Positions 52,958 through 64,000 of a DNA stretch of 64,000 nucleotides are shown in pieces. The DNA comes from Selaginella moellendorffii (taxonomy: Eukaryota > Plantae > Lycopodiophyta). The notes under the pieces are model-generated. The model ran no database searches. It had not been told where the DNA came from and was given only the letters and a program-made list of their open reading frames with translations. Made by a program: the position numbers and the translations under genes. How positions within the stretch are numbered: the first letter of the stretch is position 1; each line of letters opens with the position of its first letter. The stretch lies in contig NW_003314290.1 of NCBI RefSeq assembly GCF_000143415.4, forward strand, positions 434,001-498,000, given 5' to 3'.

Positions 52958-54622
52958 ATGCGGAGGATCTTCCCGGGAAAGAATTCGGCAAAGGATGATA
53001 GGATTCTCCCCGGCAGAAAGGATGATCTCGCCAGGGTCAAGCAGCCAATGAGGAAGGAGAGGTCTCCCGCCGCCTCGGCTGCCAACGCCGCCGCCGCCGC
53101 CGCCGCTCTGTCGGCCCCGGATAGCAAGAACCAAGAAAGCCTGAGGCGGTCGTCAATCAGCGATCGAAACCGGCGCACGCATTGGTGCCCGTCGTGCCCG
53201 TCGGGTCCATCGGAGGAGGCAGAGAGGTGTGACACTCCTCCCAGCGGCGATGAGAACGTTTCATTCACGAGGGATGGTCCCAGCTCCGAGGAAGCCATGT
53301 CCCAGTTCCGGCTTGGGCTGCCAGAGGAGTGCCAGGACAAGCAGATTCTGCGGCCATCTATCAACGCGGCTCCTTCGCCCGAGCCGTGCGAGTGGACGAG
53401 TGGCTTACAGGCGGCTCTGGATCAGCTGGTCGTGGAGAGCAGGCAAGAGCTGCGATCAAAGTACGTGAGCGAGCCCCCGAGCCCGGCAACATCGCCTCCT
53501 TCGATTGCTATGCTGGAGAACTTGTCCTCTACGTCGTCGGATGTATCGCAGTCGGTGGACTTGGTGTCGCACTCGGTGGACTTACCCAGGCCGAAGTTCT
53601 CGAGATCGCTTTCTCGTTCCTCCAACGACGGCGCGTCGATCATGTCGAATCCTCGGTCGCACTCCTTCAGCGATTGGTCGTCCAGAGGTACCGTGGTTAC
53701 GACCACCAGTGACAAGGCTCAGGTGAGGTATCTCAGCGCTCGAGCTGTGGCCGAGAGGCTGGCCAAGGCGATCCGGGGGAACACTTCCAAGACGAAGGAG
53801 CTTTCAAAGCGTTTGCTCCCGCCAGTTCCTCAGACTCCACCTCGGAGTTCCGAGTCCATCGCCAGTCACAGCGCGAGCAAAGGTGGTGGTGGTGGAAACG
53901 GGAAGCAGATCATCGAGGGCCTCCAGCAGAGCTTGAGTGACATGACGCACGCCTTGAACACGCAAAACAGCCGGATCCAGCGGCTGACTGGCAGAAACGA
54001 GGAGCTTTTCAGGCTCTACCGTGGGAAGGAGAAGGAGCTGACGGAGCTGCAAACTAGAGTGAAAGACGAGGACGCCCGAAAGCGGGCAAGGGAGGAGGAA
54101 CTTAAGCAGGTAAGCAACAGCGGTCTTGGAGTTTTTTCTTTCCTTTCTAACATCTTTGCACAGGTCAAGGACAAGCTCAAGTACGTCCAGGAGAAATTCC
54201 ACGCGCAAAGCAGCGCCCAGAGCGAAGCGTCTCGCTTGCGAAGGCTGCTGGAGAGTGCCACGGACAGGATCTCCGAGCTGGAGCTCCAGGTAACGAATCA
54301 ATCCATGTTGTGGGATGTGATTCTTACAAAACTGCCTTTGCTCCAGGTGAAAGAGAGGGGTCAGAAGGTGGGATCGCTGGAGGTGGAGCTCAGGCACGCG
54401 CTGCAAGAGTTGAATCGGTACAGGGAGGAGATGCCGCGGGTGATCCGGCAGCGCGAGGGGATGAAAAGGGAGGCCGAGCAGCTGGGGCACGAAGCGCTCC
54501 GGATGAGCGCCGAGGCGGAGGTGTTGAAGCGGAGGGTCCACGAACTGGAGGAGGAAGTGATGATCCGAGATGGCCACCTCTCCATCCTCAGGAATAGTCT
54601 CAATAACAACTACGACTGCTAA
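52958..54622 (+). CDS. Unknown protein: Ser/Pro-rich N-terminus and C-terminal coiled coil; probably two short in-frame introns
   Basis: 554-codon ORF with a heptad-rich E/K/R/L C-half; GT..AG segments near 54110-54163 and 54289-54346. Confidence 0.75.
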   Translation: MRRIFPGKNSAKDDRILPGRKDDLARVKQPMRKERSPAASAANAAAAAAALSAPDSKNQESLRRSSISDRNRRTHWCPSCPSGPSEEAERCDTPPSGDENVSFTRDGPSSEEAMSQFRLGLPEECQDKQILRPSINAAPSPEPCEWTSGLQAALDQLVVESRQELRSKYVSEPPSPATSPPSIAMLENLSSTSSDVSQSVDLVSHSVDLPRPKFSRSLSRSSNDGASIMSNPRSHSFSDWSSRGTVVTTTSDKAQVRYLSARAVAERLAKAIRGNTSKTKELSKRLLPPVPQTPPRSSESIASHSASKGGGGGNGKQIIEGLQQSLSDMTHALNTQNSRIQRLTGRNEELFRLYRGKEKELTELQTRVKDEDARKRAREEELKQVSNSGLGVFSFLSNIFAQVKDKLKYVQEKFHAQSSAQSEASRLRRLLESATDRISELELQVTNQSMLWDVILTKLPLLQVKERGQKVGSLEVELRHALQELNRYREEMPRVIRQREGMKREAEQLGHEALRMSAEAEVLKRRVHELEEEVMIRDGHLSILRNSLNNNYDC

Positions 54623-57101
54623 CTTGTAATTAGCACAGCGTGAATAATCTAGCATAGATTTCCAGTTTGCAGTTCATTGCTAACTCACGGATTGTTTCTA
54701 TCGGATTGAGCAAACCGGTGGAAGTTCATTCCTCTCAGATCCTTTTTTAAAGATTATGCTCGCCGGGGTTTGGAAAATTTTGTAACTTGCTCAAGCTTAT
54801 CATTTTCAGGCATTTTTCCAGGAGAATGACTGGCACCTTTTCTACTCGTCACAGTGTACCTACAAGAGTTTCACTGATTTGCTTGACAACAGCAATAATT
54901 CTTTGTTCATGTGTTCAGGGAAGATTTTATAGATCATCACGCTGCTGAGATCGTCGACAGCGGCCTGGACGATCTCTTGCTGGGGTGTCGAGCCTGACGC
55001 CTTGATGATCCATCCAGTGGTAGGCCGTTGTCGACGATCATAATGCTCCACGAGAAAACGTTTGGAGATTCCATCCTCTCGACAGATGGACTCCTCAATC
55101 TCAGGGTCAAGCCGCAGACCTGGTGGATGATGAAGCTCTCCGATTCCCTCCACGTTCTTGGCTTGTAGTCTACTTGCATGTCTTAAGTTTCTTGGCTCCC
55201 TTTCATTTGTGATCGAGTTAGAGCTGGATTGGCAACTTGATCCTCCAGATCGAACGATAACTTCCATGGCTTTCCTGGGAGCAAAGGCAGCGGCATGGAC
55301 AAGCGCTTCTCCTCCTCGCAGCTTGCGTAGCTAAGATGCTACTGGGGCCAGTTCGAAGGGAGTGCGAGCAAGAGGGACTTGTATTCGCCCAAGTCCAAGA
55401 TGGCTTGTGTTGTCCCCTAAAGCCTCCCCATTTCCATCTCACCCGGGCGCGCGAGGCAAGATAGCGAGAACAAGGTAAATCACGGTTTACTGGTGAATCC
55501 AAACCCGTTAGTGTTTTTAACATGTTTAAAAGAAGCATCTTTTTGTATATTCTTTCACTGGAGAACAAACAAGCAGCAGCAGCAGCAACAAGGACATAAA
55601 GTCTTACGCTTCTTGATGGGCACCACAAGACTATAAACATCGGCATGGTCTGTTGAGTAGAGGCCCTTGCAGATGAATCCATTTGTAACATTTGGCTTCA
55701 CGTCGTGATCATCGACTTCTTGCTTGATCACGTCTTCTTGTTCTTCATCATCACCCATCTCTTCCTCGCCAGGAGCTTGTGCTTGGAGGAGGGAAGAAGG
55801 TCTTGGCGCGGGCTGCGCGGTCTCTCGGAAATGCTTTGATGGATCATCTCGGCTGGCGCTCTTCATCCGCTTCTCTTCTTCTTCTTTTTCTTCTACTTCC
55901 TTTACCTCTTCTGGTGCCTCTTCATGCGTCTTTAGCACACTCCAAGCAGCAGCATGCATCGCCCGGCCAGCGCTCTCTCGCGGAACTGCATTTGATCGAG
56001 AAAGTCGCGGCTTTGGTGGAGGCGGAGGTGTGAGGAGTCTCTCGCAGGGACACCTATCGCTCGGCCGGCGCTAGCTGTGGAATTTCTTGCTGCCGCTCTC
56101 TTCCGAAGCATTCCTGGCCGGCGCTTGGAGAAAAGGCCCCGATTTGGTAGAGGCGGAGGTGCCAGGAGTCTTCGATCGCCCGCTGGAGAAAGGCGTAGAG
56201 CCTTGGTAGAGGCTTAGGCCGGGACACCGATCGCCCGGCCAGCGCTAGCGGAGTAGCTTGGTAGAGGCGGAGGTATCGCCCGGCCGGCGCTGGCTGCACA
56301 AGATCTCATCGAGACGGATATGAAATTCAACGCCCGGAGTTCATCAATTTTATAAAGAAACTCGCTCGTGTATCACCCAGGAAATGGATCGCTCTTGTGC
56401 AGATGGTTACACAGATGTTTGAGGTCATAAAAAACGAGCCGGGTGGTGGACGTAGGCAGAAATCACTGCTCCACAACCTTTTGATCTCTTTCGCTGACGG
56501 TGGATATAAACGGAAGGGTCTCGTTTTGCAAGGCCGAGTCCGCTGGCTCAGTTCTTCTTAGTGACTCGTCGTGATTCGGCCACCCCAGCAAGTCTCGGAC
56601 AACATCCGACCAGGCAAACTCGAGAGCCTCGCTTGTCAATCGTACTCCAAGGTCGCTGCTCCAGAGGGAAGTTTCTGTCGATCTCCACAGATTTGGGGAT
56701 GATCATGTCAGCCAGGATGAGAGCAGTGGTCTGAGGCTGGTGATGGCGTGCTCGCGTTCGTTGCAAGGCTGAGTCCGCTTGCTGGGACTGCCGGAAGAAT
56801 TTAGTCCCTTGATTGCTAACGCGGTGAGATCAACCTCTAGATTTCTTTTCTTCTTCCTAACGCACATCGTGTTTTTTTATTATTGACGAAGCCCAGGAAA
56901 GGTGGTGGCCCTTCGCATAAAGCACACTGTAGGCGGTATCAATCTCCTGCAAGTAACAGGAGCCTCTCATTCGACCTTTGGCTTGTTCGTTCTCTAAAAG
57001 TTTTTCTCGGGGCAGAGTGGATGGCGCAGAAACGAGCCTGAGGTTTGATTGAATTCTTTGGCTTGTTCATAGCTCTGCTCATTGTTGTCGCTGTTTCTAG
57101 A

Positions 57102-57182
57102 GCCGACGCCTACAGCAGTGTGATTTTATGGGAGGTTGCCACGGAACTAGTTCCTTGTAGGGACGGAATGAATCCAATGCAA
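57102..57182 (+). pseudogene. Raf-like (EDR1/CTR1-type) kinase exon fragment
   Basis: ADAYSSVILWEVATELVPCRDGMNPMQ resembles DVYSFGVILWELAT..PW.GMNPMQV; bounded by AG and GT. Confidence 0.55.
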
Positions 57183-58749
57183 GTAAGCTCTTCTAGCACG
57201 AGGAGTCCTGCAAGCCGGATGATCTGCGACCGAAGCGATTGCCTCCAAAGATCTCCAGCTGGTCGCAAGTCTGGTGGAACTCCTCTTCGACTAAGTTGCA
57301 GCATGGACAATGACGCATGGGCGATGCAAGACGACGGAACAGTGTGACTTTCAATTCCTTCCATCAGCGTTCTGGATCTTAAACTGTGGACAAGCAAGTT
57401 AGTAGGACATGAAATTTACCTCAAGAGCAGTGAATTTTGGTAGAGCATTTGGACTCTTTCATGGAATGGACTCTTTCAATTCCTCGTTAAATCACAAGAG
57501 CCTGTGATTAAATTCCTGGTGTTAGATACCCGTTTGCCCAGCATCTCCTATTGTGCAGCTTGCTGAAGAACAGCTTTCTCTACTACAACTCCATCCATCA
57601 TAAGTGGCACCCGGTCGCTACTATTCTGCTTCTAGAAACCCGACCGCCAAGAGAAAGATCTGGCACCCGTCCTATGGTCTTCGTCTATCCGCGTCTATGG
57701 AATCAAATACGCAGGCTCCTGGATGCTGGAAAAGAAAAAATAATAGAGAAGAGAACAAAGCAAATGGTTTCTGAAAGATCTTACAAGGTGTTTTGGAGCC
57801 GAGCTCACGACTTCCGATGGAAGGTCTGGTCCCGATCCAGAAAGCCTCGTCACACGGGCTTGGCAAGGGCTCGGGTTCTATCCATCTCCATCGCCAGCGT
57901 CTTGGAGCCCGGATTCGTCCTTCTAGAGCTCGTTCCAGGTGAATCCATCCCCGCATTGCAGGCATGGGGTGCCCGCTAGCGATGGCAGAGTAGCGGATCG
58001 GGAAAATTTCGTGTTCTTCCGGGGGAATTCGAGGTAACAGGCTCTTCCGGCACTTGCGGAGAGGAATTCCGGGGAAATGCAGCTATAGGAGGAGGCTGCA
58101 ATGAGGAAGGCGATGAGCAGGGCGCGAAAGAAGGGATCCGCGCCCTTGGAACTGAGCAGGTATGTGGCAATGCAGGTAGATATCGATTCTTTTCTCATGA
58201 ACTCTTCTTGATCCAGGGATATGTATGGATTCATCTTGAGGCCACACCATTTGCAAAGGTACCGGGAGTTCACATCAATTTACAAGGTGCTTTGTAGTTT
58301 TAACGCGTTTTTCTGTTCGTTCTTCGTTTACTCTTTCAAAGTTTCTCACCCTGGCGAGTTGTGTAGGAAGAAGAAGCGGAGCATTTCTTGAGAACTTACG
58401 GTGATGCTGAGGATTTTTCAGCCCCCGTAGGAGCTGAAAAAGGCCATCTCTCAACATTCAACCAAACCACGAGTAAATGATGACGCTTAAGACCGATAGC
58501 GTCATAGGAAGCATCTTGAGGCCACAGGATTTGCAAAGATATCGCCCAAGCAGACGCGTTGGCTTATGGCAAGGTCAGTGAGAAATCTCTCTACGATCTA
58601 AATTTCTGTCTTCAAACCCTCCAGGAACTTCGAGCGGAAGGATTATTTGATCCCTCACAAGGTAAGTTCTTGTTCTTCTTTCCTTGGAGCTCCACAATTA
58701 CCATGTTCTTACAGACTTTCACCGGAAATCGTCCATCCCTGAGCATGCA

Positions 58750-58830
58750 AGTCACCACGACGTGGTGCTGTGGAACTCTATCATACATGGCTACGCACAG
58801 AGCGGTGACGGCGAGCAAGCTCAACTCCTT
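58750..58830 (+). pseudogene. Isolated PPR motif fragment
   Basis: HDVVLWNSIIHGYAQSGDGEQA matches the PLS-class consensus DVVSWNxxIxGYAQxG. Confidence 0.6.
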
Positions 58831-59500
58831 GGTGTGGAACTCGGCGGAAGGTACACACTTGGCCTTCCCCGTGTTAGGACACCGATGAACGCGCGAACGA
58901 AGACCACAACGCTGCTCAAAGGTGAGGACCTGGAAAGAGAGCATGACACATAACTTTGTCTTGAGTGTATCTTCAGGGGAAAACCCAGCTACTTCACCCT
59001 GTATTTCCTGGGCCTGGAGTCTCCCGTGGCTCTCGAGGACGAGGCAAAATCAGATGAAGCAGTGCAAGATTTCTGCTGATCGCTGAGTCATCAAGGACCT
59101 GAGTGTTTAGAAAATAAAGAGGTTTTGTTTCTCCATCACTAACTCCGCGTTGGAGCAAACTGAAAGCTGTCCATTTCTTGTGCTTACATGGATTGTCTAG
59201 TGATCTCCTGGAAAGAGCAAGAGCAAAGAACATAAAAATAAGCGATTTTTACACTTACAGGGATTTTTTATCCACATCCTTAGAATGTTACAGCAGGTAT
59301 GATCGCTCTGGAATTCAAGTAACCGTCTTCCACACAAAAACATTCAAGTTTTTAAGCAAGCTTCTTTCCCGAGCAAAAATATCGCCGCCTTTCGGAAACC
59401 CAAAACCAAGTGAATGAGATATCTAATCAACCGACAGAAAGATCACAGGTAAAATTAGAAACGTAAGTGCTAATGGAAGAAACTAAAAGACGAGGACGAC

Positions 59501-60394
59501 TCAGAACACATTTGGAGGCAATCTAGAGTAGACCTCCTGGTACCGAAGGAACTCAATCTTGATCCAGTAGAGATCAACCGTGAAGTGGTCTCCACAGTAG
59601 CTGAGAATGGCCTCCAAATCTCCGGCACCCCCAAGCACCTTGGCGGTGTCAAGCTCGATCTGGTAGCCCGGAATGCCCGGTCGATCACAGTCGACACCGC
59701 CATGCCCAACCCCGCTGAGCAAAATCCCCTGCTCTTCAACCAGCCACGCGACAGTCACGGGATGAAGCGCCTCCTCCCCAAACGAGATGGCTCTCGCCGT
59801 GATACCATCACCCGCGTCGTCTCGCTCGAACAACACCGCCACCATCTGCCTCATGCGCGTCTTCAAGTAGCACTTGAGCGCCAGGAAGATCTGGACCTTG
59901 GAGCCGGGGCTATGGAAGTAGGCGTCCTTGTAGGAGAGGAGCTCGGGCAGCGTCTGGCACTGTCCAACGTCGAGGATGAATCGCGGCCATGGGAAGCAGC
60001 CAGTCTCGGGCTCGAGCAGGTGGAGAGCGTCATGGTGGGCTTGCAAGCTCGCGAACTTGATGTTTCCACTTGGGGGATAGGCGAATCGGAGGTACTCCAC
60101 CATCCAGATCCAGTTTAGCGCCGGTCGGAAGCACCTCTGAACATAAGCAGTGATAAAAGATTGGTGTTTCCGCTCCACGGCAACAACTTTGCCGCCAGGG
60201 CGTACCACGCACGACGCCCCTAGCTTCCATAGCTCGCGGTAGCGCACGAGCTTGGCTGTGGTCCAGCGCTTACCCAGCACGCACTCTTCGCGGTTGTTCC
60301 ATGCCTCCCAGTCGAGGTCGTCGTCGTGCTCCGCCTTGCGCTCCACTGCCTCGAGCGCCCGCTTCAGCACCGCCTCAAACGACTCTCGCGGCAT
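59501..60394 (-). CDS. Intronless 297-aa protein, Uma2/Crinkler-REase-like (PD-(D/E)xK fold)
   Basis: GC-rich single ORF; WPRFILDVGQCQTLPEL..YF..VQIFLALK..MVAVLFER..ISFG..LSGVG..CDRPGIPGYQI pattern. Confidence 0.6.
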   Translation of the reverse strand: MPRESFEAVLKRALEAVERKAEHDDDLDWEAWNNREECVLGKRWTTAKLVRYRELWKLGASCVVRPGGKVVAVERKHQSFITAYVQRCFRPALNWIWMVEYLRFAYPPSGNIKFASLQAHHDALHLLEPETGCFPWPRFILDVGQCQTLPELLSYKDAYFHSPGSKVQIFLALKCYLKTRMRQMVAVLFERDDAGDGITARAISFGEEALHPVTVAWLVEEQGILLSGVGHGGVDCDRPGIPGYQIELDTAKVLGGAGDLEAILSYCGDHFTVDLYWIKIEFLRYQEVYSRLPPNVF

Positions 60395-61963
60395 CCTTAA
60401 CGGTTCACACCTAAAACCCTAAAGCTCTGCGCTTTATTAGTATCAAGAACAGGACGACTCAGCACCGTGGCTGTGGCGTGATCCTTATGACGAATAAGGT
60501 AGCTAATGTGGAACTAGATCTTGATCATGCATAAGAATGAAATGCTCAATCAATTATGTATAAAGAAGGTTTGAAACAGAGAATTTTTAAGCCTTGATGT
60601 CACTCATGGCACCAGTGTTAGTTGCCATGTTCCCTGAGATTAATAACGTTGATATTGCATATAGAAAGCAATTAAAAGAGCAAGAGAACTGCAAAAAAGC
60701 AATATTTAAAGAACTGGCTAGCCAACACTGCCAAAAAAGCACTTTCCATCTTTCTCTTGTGTGGTAGAAAAATTCTTTTTGCAAGATTGATCCTTCCACA
60801 ATTATAATAAAAAATGTTGAATGTGAAATTGTTGCAATTGTGGCTATAGATATCAAGAGTTATTTGTTGGCTAAGTCTTTTAATTCTTCTTTCATTGCCA
60901 CAACAGCATGAAATCAATATTGCGGGAACATTTATTAATTTCTGCTGAAGCTAATTGAGGAATTAGTTATCACATGTACTTAGACTGGATAAACATAAAG
61001 TAAGAATTTCTATATATTTTTTGTTAAGTATACAATCGGAAACTCATTTGCTAGTTTGCACTATAGTCTATTAATATTTTATTTTGGTTCGATTGGTTAT
61101 TTATAGAAAGTGTCTAAATCTATCTATTAGCATAATATTATTCTATATTTAGGTTTTTGAAGTTTTTGAGTTTGTATCGCTAATTTATTTGAGATATTAT
61201 TTAGCATTTTATGGAGTGTGTCGTCTATCTTTGTTTTAATGAACATTGGATAAGCTAATGCTAAATTGTAAGAAACTAGATTCAAGAGACAATCCATAGG
61301 TAAAGGGAAAGAGCCCATGAGTAATAATGCATTTTATTTTTCAATTGGTTAAAGGTATTAAATATTTTTTGGTTTGAATTAGGTAAATTCCTAAAAAATT
61401 TAACTCAAAAGCTTACATAAGTGAACCCCTTAATGGTATCCTTGAAGAACAGTGTTATGGATATGATTTTGATAGCACTTATCTAGGGAGTGAGGCTAGA
61501 AAAAATGAAATATATTGTTATTTTATTGCATATAAAATATTCAATATTTTTAATTATGATTTTAACCTTTCAATGCTAAGAGAATAGTAATAGAAAATAG
61601 AATTAGAATGACAACAATCAACACATACAAGATTTGGATTGGAGAGGTATGAGAAGAAAATTTAGAGAAAAGAAAAGTTGTTTAATCAATGTTACACCAT
61701 TTTCAATCCATTGCTTAATTCACTAACTCAAACCAAATAAATTGAGGACGATGATTTTTGGAATGACAATAAAAACTATCCTATTCTATGAAGTTTAAAA
61801 GGGACACCTTGAACTTCTTTTTCTTCAAAATTGGTGCCGCTTCTTCCAGGATTTTTACCTGTTGACTGCAAAGAACAACTGAGCATAACGGCTCACACCA
61901 GACTTTATCAAAAAAATATTGTAATGAGTTCCAATATTGTAATTTTAATTAACTTAGATTTAT

Positions 61964-62593
61964 TGTAGTGCACCTTATTTCTCTCCCCTTAAGCCAACTG
62001 AAAAAGGGGCAATTGCTTGATGAAAGAGCCCTTAATGACTATTTTATTTGAATTTATCCAAAATTCCAACGATCCATGGGTAACAGTATATTCAAATTTC
62101 ATCTCATGATCATATGCGCTACACTCACCCCCTAAGCCCTTAATGACTATTTTATTTCCCTAAGCCTTTAATGACTATTTTATTTCCATTTATCCAAAAT
62201 TCTAAAGATCCATGGGTAATAGTATATTCAAATTTCATCTCATGATTATATAATCACCCCCCTTTAGAAATGTCAATGTACTCATTGACTATTGGGTACA
62301 AAAGGAAGGATTCAATATGTACAATTTTAAATTTTAGGGGTAGAAATATACTTTGCTCAAGGGTATATTATATTTTTAAGTAGCCACTAATCAATGAGAA
62401 TCGAACCCATACCATTTGCTCTAATACCACATATAACTCACTTTATCTCTCTCCCCTTAAGCCAACTGGAAAAGGGGCAATTGCTTGATAAAAGAGCCTT
62501 TAGTGGCCATTTTATCCCCATTTATCCCCTAAAGTTCCAAGGATTTACAATAACAATATATCCAAATTTTATCTCATGATCACATGCGTTACA
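61964..62593 (-). mobile_element. TRIM (miniature LTR retroelement)
   Basis: Two ~160-bp direct repeats (61964-62123, 62432-62593); minus-strand PBS TGGTATTAGAGC (iMet type); PPT AGGGGGTGAG; flanks tttat/cttat; no coding capacity. Confidence 0.78.
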
Positions 62594-64000
62594 CTTATAT
62601 ATAAATGAGCCAAAATAAGATCTATCAACTATTCACCATTTCATCACAAAGAGTGCAAGCCATTCTTGAGTTCACAAAATGAAGATTTAAGCTTATGATT
62701 TGAGCTCAATTTTCAATTATAGTATTATATAAACATTATAAAATTCATAAAATTAAGGTTTATAGTGAACCTAATATTTTTACAACTCTACACTTTATAT
62801 AGATAAAAAAATTCTGGATGACACTTCTTATCCATGAATTTAAATATTTATTATATGCCATAATAGGGAGGTTCGTTAGAATATAACATAAAATAAGATT
62901 TTTTTTTGCACAAAAAGTAACTTTATCACTTTCTTAAATCTATACTATTTGTTCTCAAACTTTTAAATATTATATTTATCATGATTTAAATATTAATAAA
63001 TTTAAAATAAGATTCTTTTATAACTGTTTGAAAGAAAAAAAAATTGTTAATGTAAACTTGTTACATATAAAAGAGAGACTTGGTTCTTTTCTAGAATATA
63101 TTTTTGAGGGGTTTATTATAATATAATGTCTAGAATTTATAGATTTTTATTTATACTCTCATTAAAAGAGAAATATACACAAATATTCATGAATTCTAGT
63201 GTTGGTAATATTAACTTTTGCATGTAAATAACCAAAAGGAATGACTCAAAATATTGTTTATAAAGGTTTAAATATAAAGAGAAAGAGCTCATAACTAAGA
63301 GTATAATTATTTTTCCAATTGGTTAAGAGTCTTGAGATAGTTGGGGTTAAGTGTCTTCAAATTTGAATAGTACTAAATTAAATGACCTCCTAGAAAATAC
63401 AAATATAGGAGCTTACATTTAATATCAAAGAGGTCTCAGATCCAACTTTGGCTAGGAGTTTACATTCTAATTTTTCTTCCCAATGTAGTAATTTAAGGGT
63501 CAGAAGTTGCAATAGCTATTCCATTGCATAATACAATAAAATCATACAAAAGAAAGGAAAAAAGGATAATAAATATAAGTTTAAGATAGATGCAATGACA
63601 AAAGGTATAACAACCTAGGTGTAGGAAAATGTCTTTTTACTTATTTTAGAGAATTGCAAATCCATGACTTTTAAAAAATGCTTTATTTGTTTTTATCTTC
63701 TAGTGGAAATAATGGGAACAATTAGTATAACAATATATATGCTTTCATAACACATTATAATATTCCACCCCAAAAGACTATTATGAAATTTTTTTGAGAT
63801 GGTAAAGATAGAAATAGAGACATATAAGCGTTATGGGCAGTATTCCAAAAGGAAAACTCTCACAAGTATATGAAATGGAAAGTATGTTTTTTAATAAATT
63901 ATATGAAGTATAAACATTTTATATTATTAGTTGAAAATAAACATCAATACTCTTGAAAAATTTAATTAGCTCCAAAAGTCTTTTATAATTTAGCAATAGT

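Noticed and set aside
53804-54655. 283-aa minus-strand ORF
   Set aside because: Antisense shadow of the GC-rich coiled-coil CDS.

Overview
Eukaryotic plant genomic DNA with compact genes, very short introns (about 45-90 bp) and two assembly gaps. The style fits a lycophyte such as Selaginella, which is an inference. Left arm: BAHD acyltransferase, RING-H2 E3 ligase followed by a duplicated splice-compatible RING module, calreticulin-3-like, indole-3-glycerol-phosphate synthase with three GC-AG introns, plastid HMA-like protein, CYP85-clan P450, and a PP2C-cNMP-kinase fusion. Centre: a tandem array of [tRNA-Ser(CGA) on +, convergent small 'RRQGSSG' MASS-like gene on -] units, split by a ~14 kb AT-rich/TE block containing three nested LTR-retrotransposon insertions. 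Right arm: tRNA-Asp directly upstream of an intron-containing gene with class A beta-lactamase-type motifs (SxxK/SDN/KxG), a divergent NVL/CDC48C-like ATPase with a convergent degenerate AAA gene and a decayed duplicate of the pair, a vacuolar sorting receptor, ALT thioesterase and SMO1 head-to-head, a coiled-coil protein, pseudogene debris, an intronless Uma2/Crinkler-REase-like ORF and a TRIM. All family calls are from motif recognition, not database searches.
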